Shown here piece by piece: positions 27,409 through 38,313 of a stretch of 64,000 nucleotides of DNA (positions are counted from its first letter, which is position 1; each line of letters begins with the position of its first letter). Source of the DNA: a virus (Duplodnaviria; Heunggongvirae; Uroviricota; Caudoviricetes); the IMG/VR virus record IMGVR_UViG_2706796243_000001; one strand, written 5' to 3'. A program made the translations under genes and the position numbers. The notes under the pieces are model-generated. The model saw nothing but the letters and a program-made list of their open reading frames with translations, was not told the DNA's origin and did not search any database.

Positions 27409-28162
27409 GGTCAGCCATCAGGCCAAGAGCGATGTCGCGAACCATACCACCACGAACGATATCCTCATTCGGGTCATCAAAGGACACAGTACCCACACCT
27501 GCAAGGTTGTGTCGCTGGGTAAACTCAATCAGCCACTCCAGGCCAGACTGACCATAAATGTCTTTCTGACTGGCATCACCCATCACAACGAGTGTACAGT
27601 TATCGGAAATACGAGTAATGATACTCAGCATTTCTTCTGGGGTACTCTGCTGGGCTTCGTCGATCAGCAGGAAGCTCTTTTCGTCGAATGAACGACCACG
27701 GATGCTTTCCAATTCCTGAACTTCGATACGCCCATTTAAACCGTCTTTCAGAGCATTGTAATATGCCCCGTCGCCCATGCGCTTGCGGATGGTATCCAAC
27801 ATGTTACGAACATAGGGGAACAGCTTTTCCAGTGAAGTACCCGGTTTGAAGCCGGAGGTTTTACCCGTCTGCACGTATGGACGAGCGACAATGATCTTGT
27901 CGAGTTCGTTTCTACGTAGCAAGTCGGCAGCGTGGGCGGATGCCAGGTAGGTTTTACCTGTCCCGAAGATACCTTTCGCAATGATGATATTGCAAGTTTG
28001 CAATTTGTGAAGGTAATCCTGCTGCTTTTCATTCAGAGCAACCAGAGCCGGGGCGCTGTTACGTTCCTCATCGAATTTCGGGTGGTGCTTTGCTTGTCTT
28101 TCTGCACGTTGTTGCTGACGAGCCGAAAGTTTTAATGCACGAGCCTCTTTGCTTCTTCCCAT
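27374..28162 (-). CDS. phoH: PhoH-like ATPase
   Basis: Walker A GIFGTGKTYLA; PhoH-family collinear motifs. Confidence 0.85.
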   Translation of the reverse strand: MGRSKEARALKLSARQQQRAERQAKHHPKFDEERNSAPALVALNEKQQDYLHKLQTCNIIIAKGIFGTGKTYLASAHAADLLRRNELDKIIVARPYVQTGKTSGFKPGTSLEKLFPYVRNMLDTIRKRMGDGAYYNALKDGLNGRIEVQELESIRGRSFDEKSFLLIDEAQQSTPEEMLSIITRISDNCTLVVMGDASQKDIYGQSGLEWLIEFTQRHNLAGVGTVSFDDPNEDIVRGGMVRDIALGLMADRDAKLYTPMAS

Positions 28163-28173
28163 ATTGGTTCTCC

Positions 28174-28884
28174 TTACGAGGTTAGAACAGATTTTGCCTT
28201 TTTGTAATAGGCTGTGCGCTCGGCAAGGTGATTTGTACCACCGTTTACCAGCTTGGTAATTTTCACGATATCATCAGCATCGCAAGCGGCGTTGATGTTT
28301 CTCGTGTCCCAATACCAACCAGCGCTGGCAACTGCATACTCAGGCTGTTCAAGCAACTCAGGGTGGTTAACGAGGTCAAGACCGAGTGCTTTACCGCAAG
28401 CCTTGTAGTTTGCGAGTCCGGTCACCTGAATCAGACCTCTCCCCTTGTACTTGGCACCATCCCCATCTTTCTGGGGTGTGTTTCCAAGTCTTTCTGCAAT
28501 AGGACCAGTGTCGTACTTGTCAAAGTAGGCATCGTTACCGAGTTCACGTACATACCGGAACTCCGCCGACTCCACACCAATCTGAGACAGGAATCCTGCA
28601 ACCCGATTTACCGTATTAATCTCTGTCTTTTCAAACAGGTCATTGAGCGGCTTCAGGAATTTTGCATTCCTCCCAGAACTTGCACCAACGGGGAAGATTT
28701 TGTCCAGTTGTGCTTGGGTGAGTTTCAAAGTACCTCCTTTATTGTTTCCACTGGTAGCCTGTGCAATGCACTTTTGCAGTGCGGCTTTTGTAGCGGGTCC
28801 GTACAATCCATCAGCACCAGACTTGCCGACGCTAAACCCACCTTCGATCAGCATACGCTGAATCTCCGCAATTGCAGCATTCAT
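28174..28884 (-). CDS. endolysin: N-terminal peptidoglycan-binding domain plus GH19 (chitinase-like) catalytic domain
   Basis: GADGLYGPATKAAL (PG_binding_1), then FLSQIGVESAEF...YDTG...LGN...GDGAKYKGRGLIQVTGLANY (GH19). Confidence 0.75.
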   Translation of the reverse strand: MNAAIAEIQRMLIEGGFSVGKSGADGLYGPATKAALQKCIAQATSGNNKGGTLKLTQAQLDKIFPVGASSGRNAKFLKPLNDLFEKTEINTVNRVAGFLSQIGVESAEFRYVRELGNDAYFDKYDTGPIAERLGNTPQKDGDGAKYKGRGLIQVTGLANYKACGKALGLDLVNHPELLEQPEYAVASAGWYWDTRNINAACDADDIVKITKLVNGGTNHLAERTAYYKKAKSVLTS

Positions 28885-28902
28885 TGAAGACCTCCTTTCG
28901 GA

Positions 28903-29328
28903 TTAGCCCTCTCCGAGCGCCTCTTCAAAAGCCGTTTCAAGTCGGGCGGCAATCCCAGAAATCTTGATGGTGATACGTTCTTGGTAGATCGCGTAAGCAA
29001 GCTCGTGCGGTGTCAGCGCTTCTTTCAGAAGGTCAACCATCGTATCCATCACCTTCTGCATAACCTCTTCAGAAAGAGCTTTCTTCAGCTTAACCTGAGC
29101 AGCATTAAGCTCTTTCTCCATCGCAGCATCCTGGCCTTTACGTGCGTCAGCCTTCATTTGCTTTAGGGCTTCAATTTGATACTGAGTTTGTTCCGTAAAC
29201 TGATTGATCAGTCTTGGGAAAACAAGGCCCACAAACTCACGGGCCAGTTCCTCCGAATCTCCGAGCAGCAGCGTTTCCAGTTGCGATTGTGGCACAAAGG
29301 TCTGTTCTTCGTTGATAACGTCAGTCAT
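28903..29328 (-). CDS. hypothetical coiled-coil protein (141 aa)
   Basis: GAGGTA RBS; heptad-rich. Confidence 0.45.
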   Translation of the reverse strand: MTDVINEEQTFVPQSQLETLLLGDSEELAREFVGLVFPRLINQFTEQTQYQIEALKQMKADARKGQDAAMEKELNAAQVKLKKALSEEVMQKVMDTMVDLLKEALTPHELAYAIYQERITIKISGIAARLETAFEEALGEG

Positions 29329-29336
29329 GGAGTACC

Positions 29337-29477
29337 TCAGTAGTTGCCACGGGCAGCAGCGTCAGCTACCAGTTGCATCAGTTCGTCTTCAGTGGTGCGC
29401 TTGTTCTTACGCTTTTTGCCACGGAGTTCCAGTGCCAGTTCTTTCTGGTATGCCTTACGCAGTGTCTTCTTACTCAT
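29337..29477 (-). CDS. putative 46-aa highly basic peptide (not in ORF track)
   Basis: Translation reads MSKKTLRKAYQKELALELRGKKRKNKRTTEDELMQLVADAAARGNY; fills the gap between nrdG and the next gene. Confidence 0.3.
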   Translation of the reverse strand: MSKKTLRKAYQKELALELRGKKRKNKRTTEDELMQLVADAAARGNY

Positions 29478-29951
29478 CTACTTCTCCTCTATCCATACAC
29501 CGTTTATTTTTACCCACATCCTCTGGTTGTCAGAACCTCTGAACCTTTTGGTTGTAGGATTGCACTCATCATACTTGCCGTCCATTATAATGTCAACAAG
29601 TTTTTTAACCCTTTCAGGGACTTCTTCGAAGGTGTATCCAGTCCACACCATGATATCCCTGCTATCTCCGAATACTGCACGGACACGCAGGATAACTTTT
29701 ACGACCTCATCAACATTTTGCGGGTCAAGTGGTTCACCTCCGAGTATCGACAAGCCCTTGATAAATGGCCTTCCCATATCTTTGATGATCCTGAGAACAT
29801 CCGCATTGGTGAAAGGCTGACCGTAGTTATACGACCAAGCTTTTTGGTTAAAGCAGCCACGACATCCGTGACTGCAACCGCTAACCCAAAGGGAGCACCT
29901 GACCCCCTCTCCGTTCACGAGGTCTGTTGGTTCATAACCACAGAAATTCAT
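29478..29951 (-). CDS. nrdG: anaerobic ribonucleotide reductase activating protein (radical SAM)
   Basis: C-x3-C-x2-C cluster GCSHGCRGC; sits directly downstream of nrdD. Confidence 0.85.
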   Translation of the reverse strand: MNFCGYEPTDLVNGEGVRCSLWVSGCSHGCRGCFNQKAWSYNYGQPFTNADVLRIIKDMGRPFIKGLSILGGEPLDPQNVDEVVKVILRVRAVFGDSRDIMVWTGYTFEEVPERVKKLVDIIMDGKYDECNPTTKRFRGSDNQRMWVKINGVWIEEK

Positions 29952-32029
29952 ACGTGTTTCACCCTTTGCAGCACCTCTTCCATCTTACCCTTGTTGTAGG
30001 GTCGTGAGTTTGGTGCTGACAGATATCCGGAAACTCGACGAATCACAGAAATCGTTCCTTCTTCATGGTTCCCGCAAGAAGGACATTCGAATCCTTTTGC
30101 AGTCGCCTTGAACTCACCGCTGAATCCGCATTTAAAGCACTGATCCACTGGCTGATTGATACCGAAATAATGAATGTTCTCGTACCCATAGTTAATAAGC
30201 GCTTCAAGAGCCTGCATATTATGCTTCAGGTTCGGGGTTTCCACGTATCCGATATTACCGCCGTTACTGATCTCTGCGAAACCTGATTCGTAATCCCACT
30301 TACTGAATGGGTCGCTGTTGAGCCACACAGGTTGGTGGAAAGAGTTTGTCAGGTAATCTCTTTCAATCAAACCAGGATGTTTCTCCTGTAACTTGCTTGC
30401 AAAGCGATAACACAGGCTTTCCGCAGGTGTTCCATACAGGCTGAAACCTAACCCACTGCGCTCCTTGAACTCTGCACAGATATCCTTCATGTACTTCAGG
30501 ATATTCATCGCCATCTCCTTGCGTACTGGCTCATCATAAAGGATTTCCACAGCCTCATAAAGGCCGACAAACCCGATACTAATGGAGGCGTACCCGTCAT
30601 AGAAGAGTTTACTGATCTTCTCATCAGGCCCGAGCCTTGCCAGAGCACCTTCCATGAACAATGTCGGGTTCTGGGATGCCGTAACATCCATCAGACGACC
30701 AACACGAAGCATGTGTGCCTCATAAGCCATTTCCATATGCTTATCAAGCAGTTCTGTGAAGAAACCTTTTCCGGCTTTTGCTTCGGCTGCAATCATGGGT
30801 AAGTTTAATGATACCACGCCAAGATTGAAACGTCCATCGTACTTTTCTCCATTTTCGGTTGCAAAGTGAGATAAAAAGCTTCGACAACCCATGCTCGTCA
30901 CCTTGCCGTCCGAAGATCCGGTCACTTGCATGTTCAACGGTACTGAGATGAAGTCGGGGTAAATTCTCTCAGCACAACACTCCATAGCCAGCAACTTCAG
31001 ATCATAATTCGGATCGCCAGGATTCATGTTTACACCTTCCTTCAGGAAGAACACAACTTTCGGGAACACTGGGGTCACCTTATCAGCGCCGAGGCCCTCT
31101 TTGTGGACCTTTAGATAATTATAAGTGATCATCCTACCGAACATTGATGTATCCAAACCAAGGCTGATCGTAATGAACGGAGACTGACCATTTACGCTCA
31201 TCAGGGTATTGACCTGATAAAGCAGTGTCTGCATTGCATCATAAACCATTTTGTTGGTCGGACCAACGGCGTTCCTGTGGCTCTGGAACTGCTTCACATT
31301 CTTCATGAAGCTCATTTCAACGTATTGCTTCAGACCTTCGTCGATGTGAGCACAAGTCTGTCCACCATACTGGCTTGACGCTACAGCCTGGATGATTTGT
31401 GTCAATACAGTGGTTGCCACACCAATTGATTTCGGCTTCTCAATCTTAGCATTGCCGATCTTGAAACCATTTTCAAGCATGTCCCGGTAATTTACCAAGC
31501 AACAGTTTGTCAGAGGGCTTACCAGGTAATCAAGGTCGTGAATATGTCCAAAACCCTCTGTATGCCATTCTGCGAGGTTTTTAGGCAGTATCTGGGTCAA
31601 TGCCACATGTTTACTCAAAATCCCCGCTAAGAGGTCCCTGTGCGTGTTTACGACCGTGCTTGGTTTGTTTGCATTCTCACGGGTGAACTCTTCTGCGGAT
31701 TGGTCCAAGAATCCGGTGATATCTGCATAAAGTTTTCCCTTTCCTTCACGCGCGTTGTCACGATCATGGCGATACTCAATATAGGCGCGAGCAGCGTCAC
31801 GGAGTAGAGGTTCTTCCATCAACAGATTTTCCACTTCACGATGGAAATCTTCAACATGTCTCACAGGTGTCGTCATGAATAGCTTGAAAGTCCTCTGACC
31901 GATACGGACCGCAGTGTGATGTGCTGCTTCTGGGTCCATACCTGTTGCTAACAGAGCGGCCTCAACCGCTCGTTTAACTTTTTCCAGAGAGAAGTCTTCA
32001 ACACGCCCATCGCGTTTTACTACTTTCAC
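29948..32029 (-). CDS. nrdD: anaerobic ribonucleoside-triphosphate reductase (class III)
   Basis: N-terminal ATP-cone; C-terminal glycyl-radical motif RRVSGYL; Zn ribbon C-x2-C...C-x2-C. Confidence 0.9.
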   Translation of the reverse strand: MKVVKRDGRVEDFSLEKVKRAVEAALLATGMDPEAAHHTAVRIGQRTFKLFMTTPVRHVEDFHREVENLLMEEPLLRDAARAYIEYRHDRDNAREGKGKLYADITGFLDQSAEEFTRENANKPSTVVNTHRDLLAGILSKHVALTQILPKNLAEWHTEGFGHIHDLDYLVSPLTNCCLVNYRDMLENGFKIGNAKIEKPKSIGVATTVLTQIIQAVASSQYGGQTCAHIDEGLKQYVEMSFMKNVKQFQSHRNAVGPTNKMVYDAMQTLLYQVNTLMSVNGQSPFITISLGLDTSMFGRMITYNYLKVHKEGLGADKVTPVFPKVVFFLKEGVNMNPGDPNYDLKLLAMECCAERIYPDFISVPLNMQVTGSSDGKVTSMGCRSFLSHFATENGEKYDGRFNLGVVSLNLPMIAAEAKAGKGFFTELLDKHMEMAYEAHMLRVGRLMDVTASQNPTLFMEGALARLGPDEKISKLFYDGYASISIGFVGLYEAVEILYDEPVRKEMAMNILKYMKDICAEFKERSGLGFSLYGTPAESLCYRFASKLQEKHPGLIERDYLTNSFHQPVWLNSDPFSKWDYESGFAEISNGGNIGYVETPNLKHNMQALEALINYGYENIHYFGINQPVDQCFKCGFSGEFKATAKGFECPSCGNHEEGTISVIRRVSGYLSAPNSRPYNKGKMEEVLQRVKHV

Positions 32030-32041
32030 TCATCTACCCCC

Positions 32042-32305
32042 TCAGATGTTTGCATTGACGTATGCAATGAACTCATCGGCTGTTCCGATGTACCGGGTGC
32101 TGGTTTCATCATCCATAAAGATACGGGGTACGGTTGTCGGGATCACTGGAGAGCATTTTGCCACCAGTTCCTCTTTGGTGTAGTTTTTTTCCAAGGTCAG
32201 ATACATAAACTCCAGACCTTTGGATTTAGCGAACTCTTTTGCCCGGACGCAGTGTTGGCAATTGTCCTTGCCGTAGATAATGAAAATGTTGTCTTTGATA
32301 CTCAT
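32042..32305 (-). CDS. nrdH: glutaredoxin-like protein NrdH
   Basis: CQHC redox motif; 87 aa; next to the nrd genes. Confidence 0.7.
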   Translation of the reverse strand: MSIKDNIFIIYGKDNCQHCVRAKEFAKSKGLEFMYLTLEKNYTKEELVAKCSPVIPTTVPRIFMDDETSTRYIGTADEFIAYVNANI

Positions 32306-32652
32306 TATTTCTCCGTTTCGAAGGTAAAAACAAAAACTGGGATGTTGCCAGTATAATCAACGTCATAACCTTTCACAACCATATCAGCCACAAAGTTACA
32401 ACTGTCGTGGAATGGTCCACTTCCGGTGTACTCAAGTTGCAATCGCCCTTGCTCACCCAGAAGCTTTTTCAGTCGGACAACCCAAGGGCTTTGACCTTGA
32501 ATAAAGACCTTAGCACAGGCCACACCATTCAGACGGCGAGAGCATGAAACCTTGACATCACAATCCAGGCCCATAATACGCTCACCATCGAAAGTGACAT
32601 GAATCTTGGTGGGGTCGTAAGCAACCCCGAAATCAAAAATCGAATTGTCCAA
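32305..32652 (-). CDS. hypothetical protein (115 aa)
   Basis: ORF between nrdB and nrdH. Confidence 0.45.
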   Translation of the reverse strand: MDNSIFDFGVAYDPTKIHVTFDGERIMGLDCDVKVSCSRRLNGVACAKVFIQGQSPWVVRLKKLLGEQGRLQLEYTGSGPFHDSCNFVADMVVKGYDVDYTGNIPVFVFTFETEK

Positions 32653-32661
32653 TGTTACTCC

Positions 32662-33750
32662 TTAAAAGTCCCAGACTTCACCGTCTGTATCGTTGACTGC
32701 CGCATTTAAACGATAATCCGTGTTTGTCTGCTCCTGGTTTGCGTTCTGCTGACGGCTTGGATTCATCCAGATATCCATAAACGGCAGAGGATCGCGCTTA
32801 GGAGCTTCGAAATCTTTTGGAATACCGTAGTAGTCATAAATCGGAGCACAGTTCCAGTCAGTCCAGTCTTTCAGGAGCGGCGCATTCAATCCGATGATTG
32901 CACGACCATCACTGAACAGGTAATCACCCCAACCATACTCTTTTGTTCGAACTTCGTCAAGGATTTCCTTGATCTCGTGCTTAATGGCATTAAAACTAGC
33001 CTTCCACACCGGGTCTTTCAGAAGGATATCAATAACCTCGAAATCCATCTTGGTGTGCAGCATTTCATCCAGCATGATTTTCTGGACAAGCTGACCGACC
33101 TGAACAAACACACCCTGTTCTGCCAAGGCAAAGGTACACGCGAAGCTGGAGATAAATTCAATCCCTTCCAGACCGATCAGCGCGAACAATGCACGTAGGA
33201 TACAACGTCGAACCTGTTCTTTGTCTACAGACTCAGGATCGAGACGATAATGTGCTCCAAGAACTTCAAGTTCACGCATGTACTTGACGATCACACCAGA
33301 ACGTTCGAGAACTGCCTGATTGTTTTGAATATCTTCAATAATTTGCCGAGAGTTTGGCAAACACTGACGGACGATATCAGAATAAGTCAGGGCGTGGAGA
33401 ACTTCGATCTCAGATTGCTTCATCATCATGGCGAAAAGTTCACTGTTTGTGATGAAAGGTGCAAACAGACAGATGATCGCCTGTGCTGCAACACTATCTG
33501 CCTCCCACTGCCACATCAGGGTCTGAACCATGACATCATACGTGGATTTGCTACAGGTTGCAAAGTCAGTGATTGACTGATTTAGCTCAACTTCGTCTTC
33601 AGACCAATCCTGTTCCTTTTGAGCCTTGTACAGGTCAAACAGGGCTGGGTATTTTTTGTAGATGGAGTCATACAGACCCATTTGCTGTCCGAGGAACAGC
33701 GGATAATCACCAGTTTTATGAGCGGTGTTCTCAGCGTTGAATACTGCCAT
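32662..33750 (-). CDS. nrdB: ribonucleotide reductase class Ia beta subunit
   Basis: Di-iron ligand E..H motifs; length and position next to nrdA. Confidence 0.9.
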   Translation of the reverse strand: MAVFNAENTAHKTGDYPLFLGQQMGLYDSIYKKYPALFDLYKAQKEQDWSEDEVELNQSITDFATCSKSTYDVMVQTLMWQWEADSVAAQAIICLFAPFITNSELFAMMMKQSEIEVLHALTYSDIVRQCLPNSRQIIEDIQNNQAVLERSGVIVKYMRELEVLGAHYRLDPESVDKEQVRRCILRALFALIGLEGIEFISSFACTFALAEQGVFVQVGQLVQKIMLDEMLHTKMDFEVIDILLKDPVWKASFNAIKHEIKEILDEVRTKEYGWGDYLFSDGRAIIGLNAPLLKDWTDWNCAPIYDYYGIPKDFEAPKRDPLPFMDIWMNPSRQQNANQEQTNTDYRLNAAVNDTDGEVWDF

Positions 33751-33792
33751 TAATTCGCCTCCGGAAAAATAGGGGCCGAAGCCCCATAAGAA

Positions 33793-36108
33793 TTACAATG
33801 CACAACCTTCACAGTACGGGTCTTCAACCGAGGTGTCTGCAATCAGTGGATAATCCTTGCGGGTCTCTTCCTCTGCTTGCTTCTTCGCCTGAAGTTCTGC
33901 GGTGAGTGAGTCGCCAGCACCAACCTTCGAGTTCAAGTAGTACCAAGTCTTCATCCCCATCTTCGTTGCACGGATCAGGTAACCGATCTGGTCCTTCATC
34001 GAGATCTTTCCGTCTTTCAACTGGGTATAGTCGATGTAGAGGTCAGCACTAATCGCCTGCCCTGCGAACTTCTGAATGACGGCGTAAATGTCAATCAGGT
34101 CGTTGGTGTTAATATCCCACGCAGAGGTGTAGTAATCCTTCAGTTCTTCATACTCAGGCACGATAAACAGCACAGACCCTTGCGGTGATTTCTTGAAGAT
34201 AATGTGATCTCGCACCGGGTAAAGCCCGTTAGTAGTGTTCGTCGCCAGAGAAGAACTTTCGTTCGGCATATAAGCTTCCAACACACTATTGCGGATACCA
34301 CCAACTTCGATAATCTCTTGTCGTAAAGTTTCCCAATCCTGCTTGAGACTTGGATTCTTCACAACTCCATCAACTGCCTTGTTGTAGGTGTCGATTGGCA
34401 ACCACCCTTGTGGGTACTTGGTCTTGTTCATCCACGGAGCTACACCACGCTCTTTTGCAAGACGCAGGCTTGCCTTATGTAAGCTGAAGCTGTGCAGTTC
34501 TGCCAGGTCATGAACCAACTGCTTGCTCTCAGCAGAGCCGTAAGCAACCTTGTGTTTCGCAATGTAATGAGCAAGGTTTGTCAAACCAACACCGATTGAA
34601 CGACGAGACTTGGCAGTGTGTTCCATATTCTCATACGGATAATCCATGATATCCATAACGTTGTCGATCATAAGAACGGTGTAGTAAGCAACATCCTCGT
34701 ACTCTTCCGGAGAAACACGCCCAGCAACCAGAGATGACAGGAAGCAAAGAGCGACCTCACCATCGTCTGCAAAGGTATCAAAGATGTTACGCATATCTTT
34801 GTATCCCTTGGTAGGCAGACAGATTTCTTGGCACAGGTTGGAGGAATAAATCGTCTCCAGGAAAGGCGTGTGCCGGTTCATCTCGTCAGGCCAGTAAACG
34901 TACAGGCGACCTGTTTCTGCTCGTTGGGTAATGATCTCTAGTGCCAGATCGCGAGCCTTCACCCAAGTTTTAGGGATCTTAGTATCCGCTGCCACACGAG
35001 CAACTTCTGCATCAAATTCCTGCATGGTCATCTTGAACATACCTTCGTGTAGTTGAGGTGCGTCCTTGTAAGATACCAGCATCCAGTCAAGGTTCTTCGC
35101 CACACGGTTCATGAACGACTGGTTAATACCAATGGAGTAATCCATTGTGTTAATACGTTTTGAAGAAACTGTTTGCGGGTTCTTAAGGCGCAACAGTTCT
35201 TCGATCTGCGGGTCAAGGGCCAGGAAAGAGATCGTAGCAGAACCACCACGGGTGGACTGACGGTTTTCTTTCACCCCGGCATCAATGCCACGGTAATATG
35301 GGAGTTTACCCATGTGTTTGATCGTATTGCCACGAACGCCGTCACCAATTGAGCGGGAGGAGAGGTAGTAGCCAATACCTGCCTGTGCAACTGTCATCGT
35401 ATACGCAACTTCACGAGCAACACCAATGCTTTTCGCTGTATCGTCAGCCTTGATAATGCAGCAGGACGCATATCCAGTTCGTCCGGTACGGAGACCGTTC
35501 AGATACGGTGTCGGAGCATTGATCTTCAGATCCGACAGATACGTATAAAGCTTAATGACATCCTTGATACGACGATCACGAGGCATACGCTTCATTACCG
35601 CCATCGCAATACCCATAAACATCATCTGCGGTGACTCAAAAAGAACATCGTTGATGTTGTCTTTGATACCGTACTTGTCACGGAATTGCTTCAGGACGGC
35701 GTAGCCGTAGTCAAGGTCCTTGGAATGATTAATGACACTCTCAAGTTCCACCAACTCCATCTGACCATAACCCATGTCTTCCCAGTAACCCTTCTCAATC
35801 ATCTCGTGATAGAAATTATAAAGAGCAGGGATCTTGCTGAAACCGCCATAAGCTTCTTTGTAGATCTGCCCGATCAGAACTCGCCCAGCCATCCTTGAAT
35901 GGGCTTCGTCTTTTCGGCTCACGCAGGCATCGATCAATGCTTGGTTTACTTCACGAGTGGTGCAACCATCATACAGGCGCTTGTAGGCGTCCATAGAGAT
36001 ATGTGACCAGTTACCATTACCGTCATCACCAAAGATCGCTGCCTTGTTCAGGCGTTCTGGTTCAAACGGCACCTTGGTTCCATCACTCTTTACAACTGTA
36101 TTGATCAA
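33793..36108 (-). CDS. nrdA: ribonucleotide reductase class Ia alpha subunit
   Basis: 771 aa; ATP-cone; catalytic motifs and C-terminal CxxC tail (YCEGCAL). Confidence 0.9.
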   Translation of the reverse strand: MINTVVKSDGTKVPFEPERLNKAAIFGDDGNGNWSHISMDAYKRLYDGCTTREVNQALIDACVSRKDEAHSRMAGRVLIGQIYKEAYGGFSKIPALYNFYHEMIEKGYWEDMGYGQMELVELESVINHSKDLDYGYAVLKQFRDKYGIKDNINDVLFESPQMMFMGIAMAVMKRMPRDRRIKDVIKLYTYLSDLKINAPTPYLNGLRTGRTGYASCCIIKADDTAKSIGVAREVAYTMTVAQAGIGYYLSSRSIGDGVRGNTIKHMGKLPYYRGIDAGVKENRQSTRGGSATISFLALDPQIEELLRLKNPQTVSSKRINTMDYSIGINQSFMNRVAKNLDWMLVSYKDAPQLHEGMFKMTMQEFDAEVARVAADTKIPKTWVKARDLALEIITQRAETGRLYVYWPDEMNRHTPFLETIYSSNLCQEICLPTKGYKDMRNIFDTFADDGEVALCFLSSLVAGRVSPEEYEDVAYYTVLMIDNVMDIMDYPYENMEHTAKSRRSIGVGLTNLAHYIAKHKVAYGSAESKQLVHDLAELHSFSLHKASLRLAKERGVAPWMNKTKYPQGWLPIDTYNKAVDGVVKNPSLKQDWETLRQEIIEVGGIRNSVLEAYMPNESSSLATNTTNGLYPVRDHIIFKKSPQGSVLFIVPEYEELKDYYTSAWDINTNDLIDIYAVIQKFAGQAISADLYIDYTQLKDGKISMKDQIGYLIRATKMGMKTWYYLNSKVGAGDSLTAELQAKKQAEEETRKDYPLIADTSVEDPYCEGCAL

Positions 36109-36117
36109 ACTTTCTCC

Positions 36118-36348
36118 TTATTTTTCTTCGAATTGAGCAAGATACTTATCAGCTTCGTCAACGTCTTCGTCTGGTTTATCATCCTGACCCGGCGTAGTGA
36201 CGTTAACTATTTTACCAGAATACTCATCATAGTAAACATCGTCGTACATCTTGCTGTCATCGGTTAAATCATTGAAGTAGAGCCACCCGGCGTAGTGATG
36301 CTTGTCATCGAAGCCACGGTCTTTCCACTTGGTCTTCTCTTTACTCAT
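36118..36348 (-). CDS. hypothetical acidic protein (76 aa)
   Basis: ORF. Confidence 0.4.
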   Translation of the reverse strand: MSKEKTKWKDRGFDDKHHYAGWLYFNDLTDDSKMYDDVYYDEYSGKIVNVTTPGQDDKPDEDVDEADKYLAQFEEK

Positions 36349-36875
36349 TATTCCCCCAGACCAAATGCGTCACTGAGACGTGCTTCATCTTCACTATCGA
36401 ACGTAATATCAAACGAATCTGGACGATCTCCACGTTTGGTGTACTTACGGGTATTAACCTTCTCATTCACTGGAATATCGTATGGGAGATCAAGAACGAA
36501 CTCCATGTCGCGCTCGGAGTAAATCCCTACGTCGAGAATATCAACACCGTTATAAATTTTTGCATACGGATAATCCGGACGCATGTCACCAACAAAGATT
36601 GTTGTTTTACGGTACGTATAGGGCAAATTCGCACATCGTACATTTTTCATGTTAAGCATTGTTACTTGCTTAGGATTCCCTTCACTATCGGTGACTTGGA
36701 AGCCTACTGCATAAAGGGCAGCACGGAGTCCACTATCTTGGGTTACATCGAATCCGGGTACGGTTCTCAGAAAGTCCAAAGTGACCGAAATATGTTGGGT
36801 TGGTTTGCGTTTTGTTTTACTCATGTAATCTCCATTCTGCCTATAATCGGGGAGTATTTTCTCCCCGCAATTCAT
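36348..36875 (-). CDS. hypothetical protein (175 aa)
   Basis: ORF. Confidence 0.45.
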   Translation of the reverse strand: MNCGEKILPDYRQNGDYMSKTKRKPTQHISVTLDFLRTVPGFDVTQDSGLRAALYAVGFQVTDSEGNPKQVTMLNMKNVRCANLPYTYRKTTIFVGDMRPDYPYAKIYNGVDILDVGIYSERDMEFVLDLPYDIPVNEKVNTRKYTKRGDRPDSFDITFDSEDEARLSDAFGLGE

Positions 36876-36917
36876 ACATCCAAGATACGTATTACTGGAA
36901 ACTTTGTCAACCAGAAA

Positions 36918-37349
36918 CTACGTTATTTCCAGTTGTTCGCTCACATAACGCCCAGTCATGGGATCTCTCAGATTTTCAGGCTTCAGCCCTGTTTCTATAG
37001 CATGTTCAGTGTTCTCTTTCTCGGTTACCCATTCAAGATTTGAGACCTTGTTGTTTCTCTTATCACCATCTTTATGATTCACAAATGGCTTGTTGAGTGG
37101 GTTAGGTAGGAAAGCCTCAGCAATCAACCTATGCACCCTGAAAGTTTTTACAACACCGTTGTTTGCCAATCTAACAGTCAGATAGCCTGTGCCATGCTCA
37201 GAACACTTTCTTTTCTTTGCAGGGACAAACTGTGGCGCTGTTCTTTTTCCGTGGCGAGTTTTCTCAACCCACCTTTCAAGAGACCAAACATTACCATCAG
37301 TATCTACCTGATAAATCCCTTCATATCCAGCTACATCAACCTTCAACAT
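36918..37349 (-). CDS. freestanding HNH homing endonuclease (NUMOD4 + HNH_3); start trimmed to ATG 37349
   Basis: N-terminus [23 protein letters not shown] (NUMOD4-like); HRLIAEAF...[18 protein letters not shown] (HNH_3). Inserted between thyX and nrdA. Confidence 0.65.
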   Translation of the reverse strand: MLKVDVAGYEGIYQVDTDGNVWSLERWVEKTRHGKRTAPQFVPAKKRKCSEHGTGYLTVRLANNGVVKTFRVHRLIAEAFLPNPLNKPFVNHKDGDKRNNKVSNLEWVTEKENTEHAIETGLKPENLRDPMTGRYVSEQLEIT

Positions 37350-38313
37350 AGTTATTAGGCAGTAATTGACGCAACTGAATCCAGCCTCGATAGTTCCCAC
37401 TCCATAGGCGACCTTTGCGATCAACATGGGTAATGCCTTCTTCCCAAGAAACTGGGTATTCCGCCAAATTGATGCTTGGGTCATAACCGTACTGGCTGAA
37501 CTCACCTTTCATCGGGGTTGCAACATGTTCAAAAGGAGAAGCGTGTACCTTATTACCGCTTAAAAGTTTCCCATAAATGTCTAAAGCTTTCTCTTTCGTG
37601 TTGTTAAGCACACGATAAGACACCTGAGCACAACAAGATGCAGAAATAGCCTTAGCTTCATCCACTGTCAAGATCACTGGTTTGTTGTTCTCGTCAAGAA
37701 CACAGTAATCAAATGTGTCTTCACTTGCCTGCTCTCCTACAGTGTATAGGTGATCAACATAAGGGGTGTGCCATTGCCCTGGCTTCAGATATTCAGGTAC
37801 TGATTCGTCAAATTCCTTTTTCATGGCCTCTGCTAAAGCGTAGATGGTTGGATCGGCATCCTTATCTACCCTCAACCACCAGAAATTCTCAAAGTCAGTT
37901 GCTGTCAAGACCGTTTTCATTCGCTGGAAAGGCTCAAGCAGGCGGTTCGCGATCTGTTTGTGGTAACCAGCATCTGCGAATTCTGCTGCAAACCGTGCCG
38001 CACTTAATCCTGCGAGTTTCCACCAATCTTCAGCCGAATACCCATCACCAAGCTGTGCGTCATGCTCACCAGCATCCTGCATTCCTGGTTGATTCTTTCC
38101 AAACTTAACTGGCATTGCAGGGTCTGTCTGAACCTGCTCGATCATCTTTTTGATCGGGATTGCACGGCTACTCATAGCGTTCCGACTGAACAGACGGTGA
38201 GTCATCAGTTCGCTGTGAATGATACGAGGGTACTCAAGCTCAAAAGTTGTAATACGGCGACCCTGCGGTGAAATACTATCCGCGACAACACGGGCAACTA
38301 CAGCTTTTTTCAT
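37336..38313 (-). CDS. thyX: FAD-dependent thymidylate synthase ThyX
   Basis: ThyX signature RHR..S.R ([17 protein letters not shown]); ~325 aa. Confidence 0.75.
   Translation of the reverse strand: MKKAVVARVVADSISPQGRRITTFELEYPRIIHSELMTHRLFSRNAMSSRAIPIKKMIEQVQTDPAMPVKFGKNQPGMQDAGEHDAQLGDGYSAEDWWKLAGLSAARFAAEFADAGYHKQIANRLLEPFQRMKTVLTATDFENFWWLRVDKDADPTIYALAEAMKKEFDESVPEYLKPGQWHTPYVDHLYTVGEQASEDTFDYCVLDENNKPVILTVDEAKAISASCCAQVSYRVLNNTKEKALDIYGKLLSGNKVHASPFEHVATPMKGEFSQYGYDPSINLAEYPVSWEEGITHVDRKGRLWSGNYRGWIQLRQLLPNNYVEG

Noticed and set aside
28228-28887. 219-aa plus-strand ORF
   Set aside because: Antisense to the GH19 endolysin gene; a shadow ORF.
29204-29999. Plus-strand ORFs of 112-208 aa rich in Ser, Leu and Cys
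   Set aside because: They are antisense to nrdG and the 3' end of nrdD, with low-complexity translations; shadow ORFs.
29948-36108. Group I introns or inteins in nrdA, nrdB or nrdD, as seen in some T4-like phages
   Set aside because: All three reading frames are continuous and collinear with full-length homologs. No internal non-coding gaps or HNH/LAGLIDADG insertions lie within the ORFs.
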